Origin: an uncultured bacterium
Lineage (GTDB): Bacteria > Bacteroidota > Ignavibacteria > Kapaibacteriales > UBA4661
Length of the DNA stretch: 64,000 nt
Assembly: GCA_937899715.1 (NCBI GenBank)
Contig: CALCNX010000089.1
Span: forward strand, 9,213-73,212
Reading direction: 5' to 3'
Under the pieces are notes generated by a model. It was not told where the DNA came from. It saw only the letters and a list, made by a program, of their open reading frames with translations, and made no database searches. Of the stretch, positions 1 through 8,894 are shown one piece after another. Each line of letters begins with the position of its first letter. The stretch's first letter is position 1. Made by a program: the position numbers and the translations under genes.

Positions 1-5
1 TCGAA

Positions 6-1259
6 ATGCGGGTGCAAGGGGGAAGCCGTATTGCTGGCGTGGCAAAAAATATTTTGGATAATCTGAGCGCGTATTTGTCAGCTACGCAGCTTGGCATCAC
101 ACTTGCGAGTCTGGCATTGGGTTGGATTGGTGAAGACGTGGCGACGCAGATTGTGCTAGGCTTTTTTCATCTTATCAACGTCAACATTGAGATTGAATTG
201 GCACATAGAATCGCTGGTCCGATTGCGTTTGTGACTATTACCGCGCTGCATATTATCTTGGGTGAGCAAGCGCCAAAGTGGTTTGCGATTCAGCGTCCTG
301 AGACGGTTACCATAGCAGTTGCACTGCCGATGCGTCTTTTTTACGCTGTTTTTAAGCCGTTTATCAGCGCATTAAACTACCTTTCCAATGCACTCCTCAA
401 AGTATTAGGTATTGAGATAACGCACGAAGAAGTTCACAGCGCCGAAGAGCTGCAGTATCTGCTCAAGCGTGGCGAAGAGACGGGCGCGATTGAGTCGGCA
501 GACCATGAGCTTATCAAAAATGTTTTCACGCTCAATGAGCGTACCGCCAAGCAAATCATGGTTTCGCGTACCCGTATGTCAGCTATTGACGTGGCAACGC
601 CCGTTGGTGAGCTTTTGGGGCGCGTGATTGAGGAAGGTTTTTCACGTTTACCGGTCTATAAGGAATCGCTGGATAATATCATCGGTGTTATTTATACCAA
701 AGATATTCTCACACTGGCGCAGCACCCGGAACTGATTGTTTTGCTTGATATTGTGCGCCCTGCATACTTTGTCCATGAAAATAAGAGCGTCCGTGAGCTT
801 TTGCGCGAGTTCCAGAAGCGGCGTATTCACGTGGCTATTGTGATTGACGATTTCGGCGGTACTGCCGGAATGATTACGCTCGAAGATATTTTGGAGGAAA
901 TCGTCGGCGATATTCAGGACGAGTTTGATGACGACCAATCCACCATGCGCCGTGTAGATGAATATGAATTTGAAATTGCTGCCTCCACGCCGATAACGGA
1001 ATTGAACGAGATGCTTCCCAAGTCCCTGCCAGAAGACGAGCGCTACGAGACGCTTGGCGGTTATATCAACGTTCTTTTTGGGAAGATTCCCGATGTGAGC
1101 GAAATCATAGTGGAAGGCGGCTATATGTTTACGATTGTCAAAAAGAACAAGCGTGCTGTGGAACTGGTGCGCATCACCTATCTGGAACGCAGTGCCGAAG
1201 AAACGGCTGCGGAAAAAGAACAATCTGCGAATCTCACCACTTTTCCAACCAATATATGA
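6..1259 (+). CDS. CorC/HlyC-family protein (DUF21 membrane domain + CBS pair + CorC_HlyC C-terminal domain). Probably 5'-truncated by the window edge, since the first transmembrane helix of DUF21 is missing.
   Basis: N-terminal hydrophobic DUF21-like segments (LSATQLGITLASLALGWIG...), a central tandem CBS-like region, and a C-terminal transporter-associated domain. The length and domain order are typical of the TlyC/CorC family. The stop overlaps the next gene by 4 nt. Confidence 0.75.
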   Translation: MRVQGGSRIAGVAKNILDNLSAYLSATQLGITLASLALGWIGEDVATQIVLGFFHLINVNIEIELAHRIAGPIAFVTITALHIILGEQAPKWFAIQRPETVTIAVALPMRLFYAVFKPFISALNYLSNALLKVLGIEITHEEVHSAEELQYLLKRGEETGAIESADHELIKNVFTLNERTAKQIMVSRTRMSAIDVATPVGELLGRVIEEGFSRLPVYKESLDNIIGVIYTKDILTLAQHPELIVLLDIVRPAYFVHENKSVRELLREFQKRRIHVAIVIDDFGGTAGMITLEDILEEIVGDIQDEFDDDQSTMRRVDEYEFEIAASTPITELNEMLPKSLPEDERYETLGGYINVLFGKIPDVSEIIVEGGYMFTIVKKNKRAVELVRITYLERSAEETAAEKEQSANLTTFPTNI

Positions 1260-2527
1260 CCAGACGAAACTTGCTTCAGCAAACACTTGCTCTTAGTGCA
1301 AGCACCGCAGTAACAGGTTTGGCAAGCGCTTTGCCACAGGAGGCAAATGCGCATACACTGAGCACTGTCATGGTGCCGAAAACGCCTCCCGTGCGGAATG
1401 TGGTGGTTGTGGGTGCGGGTGTATTCGGCTTGTGGACTGCGCTCACGCTCTTGCGGACGGGTCTGCGCGTAACGCTTGTGGATGCTTTTGGTGTGGGCAA
1501 TATTCGCTCCAGTTCAAGCGATGAGACGCGGGCGCTCAGAGCCGGATACGGCGCAACGGAAGTCTATGTGGGCATGGTGGCGCGGTCAATCGAACTCTGG
1601 AAAGCGCATGAGGAAAAAACAAAGCGAGAATTATTTATTCAGTCCGGTTGCCTGTGGCTTATGGGCGAAGATGAAAAATTTTTCCGCCAATCCATTCCTG
1701 CCTTGAAAAAATATAACTTGCCATTCGACGAGTTTACACCAGATGAGATCACGAAAAAATATCCGCTTGGAACGGCGGACGGTGTGCGGCATGGCTTTTT
1801 CGAGACAAAAGCGGGATATTTACTGGCACGCAGAAGTTGCGAATCGCTGCTGGAAGCATTTATAGCTGAGGGCGGAGAGTACCGCGTGTCGGGAATGAAA
1901 GGAAAAGTTATTCGTGGTGGAGAAGTAGAGTCCATTCAATTGGCAGACGGCGCGGTCTTGAATGCCGAACAATTTGTTTTTGCTTGCGGCGCATGGTTGC
2001 CGGAGATTTTTCCCGAGCTGCTCGAAGATATGATTCGTCCCACGCGCCAAGAGGTGTTCTACTTCGGCGTGAACTTTGAGGACAAGCGCATTAGCAAATT
2101 TCCTGTGTGGGTGGACATGACCGGAAAAGACCTTTTCTATGGCATACAAGGCTCCGGCAAAGAAACGCTTGCAAGTGGCTTCAAGATTGCTTCCGATACG
2201 CGTGGCGGACCATTCAACCCTTCAACGGGTGACCGTATGCCGAGCGAAGAAGGCTTGAGCGCTGTGCGGCGCTTCCTCCGAATGAGATTCCCAGCTTTGA
2301 GCAATGCACCACTCATTCAATCTCGTGTCTGTCAATACGAAAATTCAACCGACGGCGATTTTATTATTGACCGTTTGCCGGATGCCAAAAATGGGCTTAT
2401 CATTGGTGGTGGCTCCGGTCATGGCTTCAAGCACGCTCCGGCTATCGGGGAGATTGCCGCAGATATTCTTTTGAAAGGTAAGCAAACACCAAAAGAATTC
2501 AGGATTAGTCGGCTTATGAAGAAATAG
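1256..2527 (+). CDS. FAD-dependent oxidoreductase of the sarcosine-oxidase / N-methyltryptophan-oxidase (DAO) family with a twin-arginine (Tat) signal peptide.
   Basis: The N-terminus MTRRNLLQQTLALSASTAV...ANA has the RR motif and a hydrophobic core. A Rossmann dinucleotide motif VVVVGAGVFGLWTA follows the signal. A C-terminal GGGSGHGFKHAPAIGE motif is typical of the monomeric sarcosine oxidase family. The ATGA overlap with the upstream gene suggests an operon. Confidence 0.75.
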   Translation: MTRRNLLQQTLALSASTAVTGLASALPQEANAHTLSTVMVPKTPPVRNVVVVGAGVFGLWTALTLLRTGLRVTLVDAFGVGNIRSSSSDETRALRAGYGATEVYVGMVARSIELWKAHEEKTKRELFIQSGCLWLMGEDEKFFRQSIPALKKYNLPFDEFTPDEITKKYPLGTADGVRHGFFETKAGYLLARRSCESLLEAFIAEGGEYRVSGMKGKVIRGGEVESIQLADGAVLNAEQFVFACGAWLPEIFPELLEDMIRPTRQEVFYFGVNFEDKRISKFPVWVDMTGKDLFYGIQGSGKETLASGFKIASDTRGGPFNPSTGDRMPSEEGLSAVRRFLRMRFPALSNAPLIQSRVCQYENSTDGDFIIDRLPDAKNGLIIGGGSGHGFKHAPAIGEIAADILLKGKQTPKEFRISRLMKK

Positions 2528-2548
2528 TGCGGACAGATTAAGTACGAC

Positions 2549-3520
2549 TCATACTTCACCCCTGCGTGGCAGCAGAACTACAAAGGTCGAACCTTGCCCC
2601 AACTCGCTTTCCACCCATATTTGCCCGTGATGCAATTCTACAACCCGTTTTGTAATTGCCAAGCCCACGCCGTGCGAGGATTCGTCGCCCGTCGGACGTG
2701 CTGAAAGGCGCTGAAAAAAGCCAAATAATTTTTGCTTGTCTTCTTCGGTAAAGCCAGGACCTTCGTCCTCGACCTCAAAGCGAATCGTATCGGGAAGTGC
2801 CATGACACGTGTTTGCACCAATGCTCTATGCGGTGAGTACTTGAGCGCATTGCTCACAAAATTTTCCAGCACTTGCTGAACAAGAATCGCATCGGCATAG
2901 AGCGTAAAATCGTCACCCGCGCTGGTGAGTTTGATTGTCTGCCCTTTTTCTTGAGCGCGTAAGCGATTTTGCTCGGCTGTGGCTTCAAGGAGTTTTTTCG
3001 CATTGCACGTGGACTTATTAACCTGAATCCTACCCATTTCCATTGCCGAACTTGCCAGCAGGCTTTCAATCAAGGCAAGCATTCGTTCACAAATCTCACG
3101 GATTCTCGCGCCCGACTCAGGAAATTCTTCGGCAGTAATTTCACCCATCTCAATAAGTTGCACTGCCGCAAGCACTGATGCTAACGGGCTTTTGAGGTCG
3201 TGCGAGACCACGCTGAGAAGCTCCGTTTTGCGCTTATTGGCATCTTCCGCTTTTTTCAGGTTCGCCTCCGATTCTGCAAGAGCCTTTTCCAATTGAGTTT
3301 GCAGGCGAATGAGTTTCGTTTGGTTAAAATCGCTAATACGAGTGAGCTGGGTACTTTCGCGGAGCATAACGGCGTAGCGCTCCGCTAAGATGCGATATTC
3401 ATCGTGGAGGGCAGGCAAAGTCAGGCTTTCTGTCGCCGCACTACTCAGCACTTTAGCATGGTCAAGAAGTTCTTCCTCAGCACGGAAAACAGACTGGTGC
3501 TCGCTGTTTGCCATCGGCAT
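2549..3520 (-). CDS. Cytoplasmic sensor histidine kinase (coiled-coil / HisKA / HATPase_c).
   Basis: H-box SVVSHDLKSPLASV, and N, G1 and G2 boxes in the C-terminal half (VSNALKYSP, EDEGPGF, GVGLAITKRVVELHHG). No transmembrane segment. The ORF-track start at 3568 is TTG, so I chose the in-frame ATG at 3520 (MPMANSEHQ...). Confidence 0.75.
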   Translation of the reverse strand: MPMANSEHQSVFRAEEELLDHAKVLSSAATESLTLPALHDEYRILAERYAVMLRESTQLTRISDFNQTKLIRLQTQLEKALAESEANLKKAEDANKRKTELLSVVSHDLKSPLASVLAAVQLIEMGEITAEEFPESGARIREICERMLALIESLLASSAMEMGRIQVNKSTCNAKKLLEATAEQNRLRAQEKGQTIKLTSAGDDFTLYADAILVQQVLENFVSNALKYSPHRALVQTRVMALPDTIRFEVEDEGPGFTEEDKQKLFGFFQRLSARPTGDESSHGVGLAITKRVVELHHGQIWVESELGQGSTFVVLLPRRGEV

Positions 3521-4058
3521 TGGTAATTTGCGGTTGTGGTGTGTGGAATTACGACGGAATTTACACAAGCCTCAGGCTTTGGCAAAAAGAATTCTATGTT
3601 GGGAATTATTTATTACATCAATCTACTTTTAACACTACTCGAATCAAATCTCTGCACGGAAGGCGCAGAGTAGCCCAATCATAATTATTAGGATTTTCGC
3701 AAACAAATCGGAGCGCGAGCGAAAACCCGCATATATACTGACTTTATCTTACTAACCGAACTTTTGTTCGGACCCCAAAAGAGCATTTTTGCAAAAGTCA
3801 TAATTATATCTTGCATAGTCGAATTTGAACTATACTTTCCTTGCAATACTGTACTCAGATGCTGCAACCACTTCCTCTTTGCGTACTTTTACGTGCTTTT
3901 TTTTATTGATATGCGTAGATGTTCTTGCCTCCTACGTGCGTAATAATCAGGTGTTTGACCGTATAGCATTGACCTCTCCAATATCGTAATTTTGTATCAG
4001 AAATTAACACTTGCCCATCCATCAAGTATCTTTTCATTTCTTGAGACATCATTGAACT

Positions 4059-4637
4059 ATGACTATTGAGTCCAAATCCGATATTGCAATTCTACACAAG
4101 ACCAGATTGTGTGTGAGCAATTCGACAATAATTTCTCCTATTCAATTTGGGATTCATGCTGCGCAGCAGTGTACGGTGAGGGAGAAAGCAGAGCCTTCTT
4201 CGGTAATAGCAGTGGCAGCGAATAGTCAGCCCGTATTGCAAGGATTGACACGATATTTGAAAGCATCACACTTTCACGCTGTGGCGGTTATGGCTTCTCC
4301 GGCGGAATTGGCTTCTTCGATTTCTGAAATTCGCCCTAAGGTGGTTATCATTGAAATTTCATCGCAGTCTATGGAAGGTTTTGAAGCAATTACAGCTATT
4401 CATCGCAGCAATCCCGCCATAAAGATTCTTGTGCTGGCAGATTATACAATGCCATCGCTTGTGAAAATGGTATTTCGTTCGGGAGCGCACGGTTATTTAC
4501 TCGCCATGCCTACACAGACAGCTATGCTACAAGCGCTGGATGCCCTTGGCAATGCAAAAAGTGTCCTTGATAAACAACTCGTTTATCTTCAACCAATACT
4601 AAGCAGCGTACTGACCACAGGATGCGTTACCGTTTGA
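4059..4637 (+). CDS. Degenerate (pseudo-)receiver domain protein; response-regulator fold lacking the phospho-acceptor Asp.
   Basis: Alternating beta/alpha receiver-like pattern. The DD acid pocket is replaced by AN (VIAVAANS) and the phospho-Asp by Glu (VVIIEISS). The conserved Lys position reads LAMP. It sits among the signalling genes. Confidence 0.45.
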   Translation: MTIESKSDIAILHKTRLCVSNSTIISPIQFGIHAAQQCTVREKAEPSSVIAVAANSQPVLQGLTRYLKASHFHAVAVMASPAELASSISEIRPKVVIIEISSQSMEGFEAITAIHRSNPAIKILVLADYTMPSLVKMVFRSGAHGYLLAMPTQTAMLQALDALGNAKSVLDKQLVYLQPILSSVLTTGCVTV

Positions 4638-4675
4638 TAATAAACCAATTATTTTATTTTTAGCTTCATAAATCC

Positions 4676-5176
4676 ATGAAAACCTTACAACAGCTTGTTC
4701 GCCAGGCACAATCCCATACAGTAGGCAGCACTGAATTTCATCGTGCGGTGGTACAAAACATTATTGAGCAAATAGGCTCTACGCGAGCAAGTATCTGGTA
4801 TTTTAATGAATATCAAGACAGTTTGACCTGCGAGGTCTTATTCGACAGGCGCACCGAAGAATATTCCTCCAGTTTTTCCTTATATCTGGAAGACTATCCT
4901 CAGTATTTTGGTGCAATGGTACATGGCGACACTATTTGTGCGCCTGATGCGCTGCGTCACCTACTTACGTCCTGCTTTGCAGAGATGTACTTCGACCCAC
5001 TTGAAATCAAATCCTTGCTTGATGTCTCAATAATCATCAAAGGGAAGGTCGTCGGCGTAATTTGTTGCGAGCATTGCGAACACCGCAAAGACTGGACAGG
5101 CAGTGAGATTGAATACTTAAATACCGTTGCTTCTATGCTCTCGCTGACCGTACCGTTGCTCATGGTGGAAGCGTAA
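4676..5176 (+). CDS. Stand-alone GAF-domain protein.
   Basis: A 166-aa protein whose secondary-structure pattern and motifs fit a GAF fold (…IWYFNEYQDSLTCEVLFD…VSIIIKGKVVGVICCEH). It lies 39 nt downstream of the pseudo-receiver on the same strand. Confidence 0.6.
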   Translation: MKTLQQLVRQAQSHTVGSTEFHRAVVQNIIEQIGSTRASIWYFNEYQDSLTCEVLFDRRTEEYSSSFSLYLEDYPQYFGAMVHGDTICAPDALRHLLTSCFAEMYFDPLEIKSLLDVSIIIKGKVVGVICCEHCEHRKDWTGSEIEYLNTVASMLSLTVPLLMVEA

Positions 5177-5298
5177 GCGCACAAAGCAAACATTAGGCTT
5201 GAAAAATGTCGTGGAAGAGTTTGTGAATCGTGTTTAGAATCATTAGATTACACACAGCGCGGCAATTACCAACATACTCTTGCATACATACCCGTACA

Positions 5299-6492
5299 AT
5301 GAAGCAGATTCTTTGCATAGAAAGCACAGACGGCAGCGATAAACAAGATACACTTCTTGCTATGATTTCTACTATTCTGCCCTCATTTACAACGGAAAGC
5401 GTTTTACGTGGAAGTGATGCTGTCGCCATGCTACAAGAACAGAAGCAAGGGCTTGTCATTGTGGATATGCGCCATTGTACCGTTGAGGACTTGGTCTCGC
5501 TTGATAGTCTTCTTCGATTTCGCCCACAAATGGCATTGATAGCTGTGCTTCCCAAAGCGGATTACGCACTTGCTAAAGCCACTCTCGAAATGGGAGCAGA
5601 TGATATAATTACGCATCCTCTGAGCGAATCGGATATTAGAACAACAATTCTCCGCCAGTACGAGCGCATACAGGCTATTCAGCAAGAGGTACAACGGACG
5701 GTGCATGAGGTGGCTTTACGAATTTCGTATGTTCTACCGCACGAATTTCGTACTCCCCTCAATGGATTGATAGGTTTTATCAATCTTCTGCGGCAGGACG
5801 CGCTGCAAGAAGACGAAAAGCCAATGGCATATCGCTACTTGGAATCCTCCATCAATCGCTTGCACCAAACGGCTGAAAAATTCTTGCTCTACGCCGAATT
5901 GGAGCAGCTTAATCTTGATGAACAGGCGCTTGAAGTGCCATTGTCGTCGTCAGGGCAATTTGCCACATATGGAATGACGAGCCTCACCACAGAAATAGCC
6001 CACGATACCCTTGCAGCATTTGACCGCCTGAGTGATATTACGTTTCACCTAGACGACAGCGAGTATGCGGTACAGATGCGGGCGCAGCACGTCCGATTTG
6101 TGATTGCAGAACTTATCACCAATGCTTGCAAGTTTTCTGAGCCACGTACACCGATTGCACTAACAATGAAGCATGATGCCGAATTTTGCACCATCACCAT
6201 CCGTGACAATGGCTATGGATTCGAGTCCGGCGACCTTCAACGTATTGGCGCATTCAATCAATTTGGTCGTGAACGATTTGAACAGCAGGGCGTGGGATTT
6301 GGCTTGCCAATTGTACAGCAGATTTTGTCGCTTTATGGTGGCAAATTAGACATTCAAAGCAAACGCAATGAAGGTACATCCGTTACGATTGTTGTACCGC
6401 TTGCAGCACTTTCCCAGACTGAAGAGGGGTATGCTTCGGTGCAGTATATCACAATGCACCCATTGCAAGGGCATGATTGGAGCAGTAATTAG
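5299..6492 (+). CDS. Hybrid two-component protein: N-terminal receiver domain fused to a HisKA/HATPase_c histidine kinase.
   Basis: Receiver with LVIVDMRH phospho-Asp context; H-box LPHEFRTPLNGLIGF; N box ELITNACKFS; G boxes DNGYGF and GVGFGLPIVQQIL. ATG at 5299 (MKQILCIEST); the ORF-track start at 5230 is upstream. Confidence 0.75.
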   Translation: MKQILCIESTDGSDKQDTLLAMISTILPSFTTESVLRGSDAVAMLQEQKQGLVIVDMRHCTVEDLVSLDSLLRFRPQMALIAVLPKADYALAKATLEMGADDIITHPLSESDIRTTILRQYERIQAIQQEVQRTVHEVALRISYVLPHEFRTPLNGLIGFINLLRQDALQEDEKPMAYRYLESSINRLHQTAEKFLLYAELEQLNLDEQALEVPLSSSGQFATYGMTSLTTEIAHDTLAAFDRLSDITFHLDDSEYAVQMRAQHVRFVIAELITNACKFSEPRTPIALTMKHDAEFCTITIRDNGYGFESGDLQRIGAFNQFGRERFEQQGVGFGLPIVQQILSLYGGKLDIQSKRNEGTSVTIVVPLAALSQTEEGYASVQYITMHPLQGHDWSSN

Positions 6493-6519
6493 CAGGCATA
6501 GAGTCTCAGCAAGTAAGCA

Positions 6520-6558
6520 AAAAAGCCTCATACAAGTCATTTTGTACGAGGCTTTTTG
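6520..6558. terminator. Bidirectional intrinsic terminator between the convergent hybrid-kinase and lipoprotein genes.
   Basis: AAAAAGCCTCATACAA-gtcatt-TTGTACGAGGCTTTTT: an 11-bp stem with one mismatch, flanked by an A-tract and a T-tract. Confidence 0.6.
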
Positions 6559-6582
6559 ATTGTTTGAACTTAGCTGCATATC

Positions 6583-7449
6583 TTATTCGGTCATCACGAC
6601 AAGATACTTCGCATTTTTCCAGAAGGCTTTCTCATCTTTAATTTTCAGGACGCACTGGTTTTCACCGGATGCGATAATCTCAAAGGTATCGGCATCGTGG
6701 TTGGAGACGAGTGAGGTTCTGTCTTTTGCTGCGGGAATTTGTAATTCTCGCAGCGACGTAATATCAATTTTCGTGAAGTCTTTGAGGTCGAAGTTTTGCT
6801 TCACTGAAATACGTCCACCAAAAAATAGTACCTGCCCTTGTTTGTCAATCACACCTTTTGTCATCAGATCGTCGCGCTTGCCAACCACATAATACGCGGT
6901 GTTCAGCTCTTTGACTTTGCTGTTGATAATCTGGTCTTTTTCGGCAAGTTTTGATTTGAGAGAATCTATCGCGCGGCGTGAGGTAGCAAGTTGTTGGCGA
7001 AGTGCCACGATTTCTTGCTGCTGCTCACTCACGATACGACCAAGCGAATCCGCCTTTTGCGTTACCAAAGCAAGTTTTTTTTCTGTTGAAGCGAGTTTGT
7101 TCTTGAGGTTTTGAATTTCGTCCGCTTGTTTGCGAATCATCGCAGTTTTTTCGTTCATCCGGCGGGCAATGTCTTCCATGCGCTTACGGAAATCATTTGC
7201 CGATTCGCCGCGTTCCGGTCCCATTGTTTTGACAATGCCTTCTTCTGCTTCCAGCGCCGAAAGAACACTCATCATCTCGTCCACTTGGCGCAACGTTTGC
7301 TGGTAGAGGCTGTCGGTGAGGGATTTTTCCGCTACGAGATTTGATTTTTCTGCGTCAACCTGCCGAATAACTTCTTCTTGACCGCCGCACTTGGAGCAGC
7401 CGACAACGGCTACTGCCATCAAAGCGAGAAGAGCTGCTGAATATCGCAT
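6583..7449 (-). CDS. Coiled-coil lipoprotein of unknown function.
   Basis: Lipobox signal MRYSAALLALMAVAVVGCSKC. A long heptad-rich region (EIQNLKNKLASTEKKLALVTQKADSL…) is followed by a beta-rich C-terminus. ATG at 7449; the track start at 7476 is TTG. Confidence 0.55.
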   Translation of the reverse strand: MRYSAALLALMAVAVVGCSKCGGQEEVIRQVDAEKSNLVAEKSLTDSLYQQTLRQVDEMMSVLSALEAEEGIVKTMGPERGESANDFRKRMEDIARRMNEKTAMIRKQADEIQNLKNKLASTEKKLALVTQKADSLGRIVSEQQQEIVALRQQLATSRRAIDSLKSKLAEKDQIINSKVKELNTAYYVVGKRDDLMTKGVIDKQGQVLFFGGRISVKQNFDLKDFTKIDITSLRELQIPAAKDRTSLVSNHDADTFEIIASGENQCVLKIKDEKAFWKNAKYLVVMTE

Positions 7450-7598
7450 AAATATGTAGAAATTGAGGTGAAACAAGATTTATTTTTCGTTCCCAGAATG
7501 ACACGCAATAATGCGCATCACCTTTGACCTCTCAAATATCGCGCCAAGTTTATTTTCATCGCAACTTTATCCCTCTAATCAGCCCAATTATCTTGTGT

Positions 7599-8135
7599 TT
7601 ATTTGTCTGATGATGCGGGTTCTGTTGCGGCTTCAATCATGCACAAAAGAAAATTTTTCTCAACCGCCGTGCCGGGTGCTGCATTAAGAGTCCCTACAAC
7701 ACCGTCCATCGGCGATTTGATGTCATTTTCCATCTTCATAGCTTCCAAGATAAAGAGGCGCTCGCCTTTTTTCACGTGCTGCCCCGCTTTCACGTTCACC
7801 GTTTTGAGCAGACCGGGCATTGGCGCAACAACCTTCATATTGCCCGACTTGGTGGTAGCAGTTTCTTTGAGCAAGTTATGAAAATGCTTGTCGCGGTCGG
7901 ATAGTGCTTCCGCACTATACGTGTAGCCATTGACCGATAATTGTACGCCTGTGTCTTCATCTCCAATCACAACGATTGGTCGGCGCTTGCCGTCGCGGAC
8001 AAGATACACAACGGCTTCGTTATTCTCGTCGCGTTCAAAAACCATTGAGATATTATTCGATAATTGAACAGTTGTGCCGTGGACAACAGCACCAACCTCA
8101 CGTTCAATAAAAGCGGATGTGAGAGAATAATTCAT
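7599..8135 (-). CDS. Biotin/lipoyl-attachment-domain protein (biotin carboxyl carrier protein-like).
   Basis: C-terminal biotinyl-lysine motif EAMKMEN with flanking MDGVV. No adjacent carboxylase or decarboxylase partner. Confidence 0.65.
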   Translation of the reverse strand: MNYSLTSAFIEREVGAVVHGTTVQLSNNISMVFERDENNEAVVYLVRDGKRRPIVVIGDEDTGVQLSVNGYTYSAEALSDRDKHFHNLLKETATTKSGNMKVVAPMPGLLKTVNVKAGQHVKKGERLFILEAMKMENDIKSPMDGVVGTLNAAPGTAVEKNFLLCMIEAATEPASSDK

Positions 8136-8258
8136 ACTCTAGTAGAGCAAAAAATGTGTAAAGTGGTAGTAAGTGCCTCCAATCATCAAGGATTGGCTTA
8201 CGAGAAAAGCGTGATAAACCTACATAGTGCGAGGTAACATCATCATTGAGTAGCATTA

Positions 8259-8894
8259 TCAAAGTGAAATAGCTTTTTTCATTGGAACAAATGTAATCGT
8301 GCCATATTCCCCCATCGTATGCTGAATAGGTTCACTTGCCACAAAGCCGTAGGTGCGATAGAGTTTCTCACCCGGCAGCGTTGCCATAAGTTCTAATTGC
8401 GTGAATCCATGCGCTTTTGCTGCACGTTCACACTCTTCCAAAATAAGAGTACCGATTCCCCGTCTCGCCCATGCCGGATGCACAAAAAATGCCCGCACTT
8501 TCGCCGCATCCGTCGCGGGGTCGAGTTCTTCGGATTCGCGTCCTTCAAATTGATCGCCGCCAAACAAGGTTTTGCGACGGCTCCAGCCGCCACAAGCAAC
8601 CACTATTGGTACAGCACCGTCTATACGAGCTTCCACCGCAAAATATGTACCATCTTTGACAAGTTCTGAATCAATACCAAACACCGTCCGAAGAGCGCCT
8701 TCGATTTCTCGCTCGCTGTACTCCTCACGGCTCAGTTCACGGACAGAGAGCGCCACGATATGTTCCAACACTTCTTTTTCGTCCTGTCTGGCGGGACGAA
8801 TAAAAAACGGTATGGCTTGTCCGCCATCGTTTGGTTTCATCGTCGTTGTCGCCGTTGAATTATTTTTGTCCGTATTTTGCTTTGTATTGCTCAT
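8259..8894 (-). CDS. GNAT-family N-acetyltransferase.
   Basis: Acetyl-CoA-binding motif …VHPAWARRGIGTLILEECERAAKAHGF… The start at 8894 overlaps the upstream amidohydrolase by 35 nt; an alternative start MKPNDGG would be at 8840. Confidence 0.65.
   Translation of the reverse strand: MSNTKQNTDKNNSTATTTMKPNDGGQAIPFFIRPARQDEKEVLEHIVALSVRELSREEYSEREIEGALRTVFGIDSELVKDGTYFAVEARIDGAVPIVVACGGWSRRKTLFGGDQFEGRESEELDPATDAAKVRAFFVHPAWARRGIGTLILEECERAAKAHGFTQLELMATLPGEKLYRTYGFVASEPIQHTMGEYGTITFVPMKKAISL

Noticed and set aside
8860-8894. A 35-nt same-strand overlap between the amidohydrolase gene and the GNAT start.
   Set aside because: Not treated as a finding. An in-frame alternative start (MKPNDGG, 8840) removes the overlap, so this is an annotation-level ambiguity.
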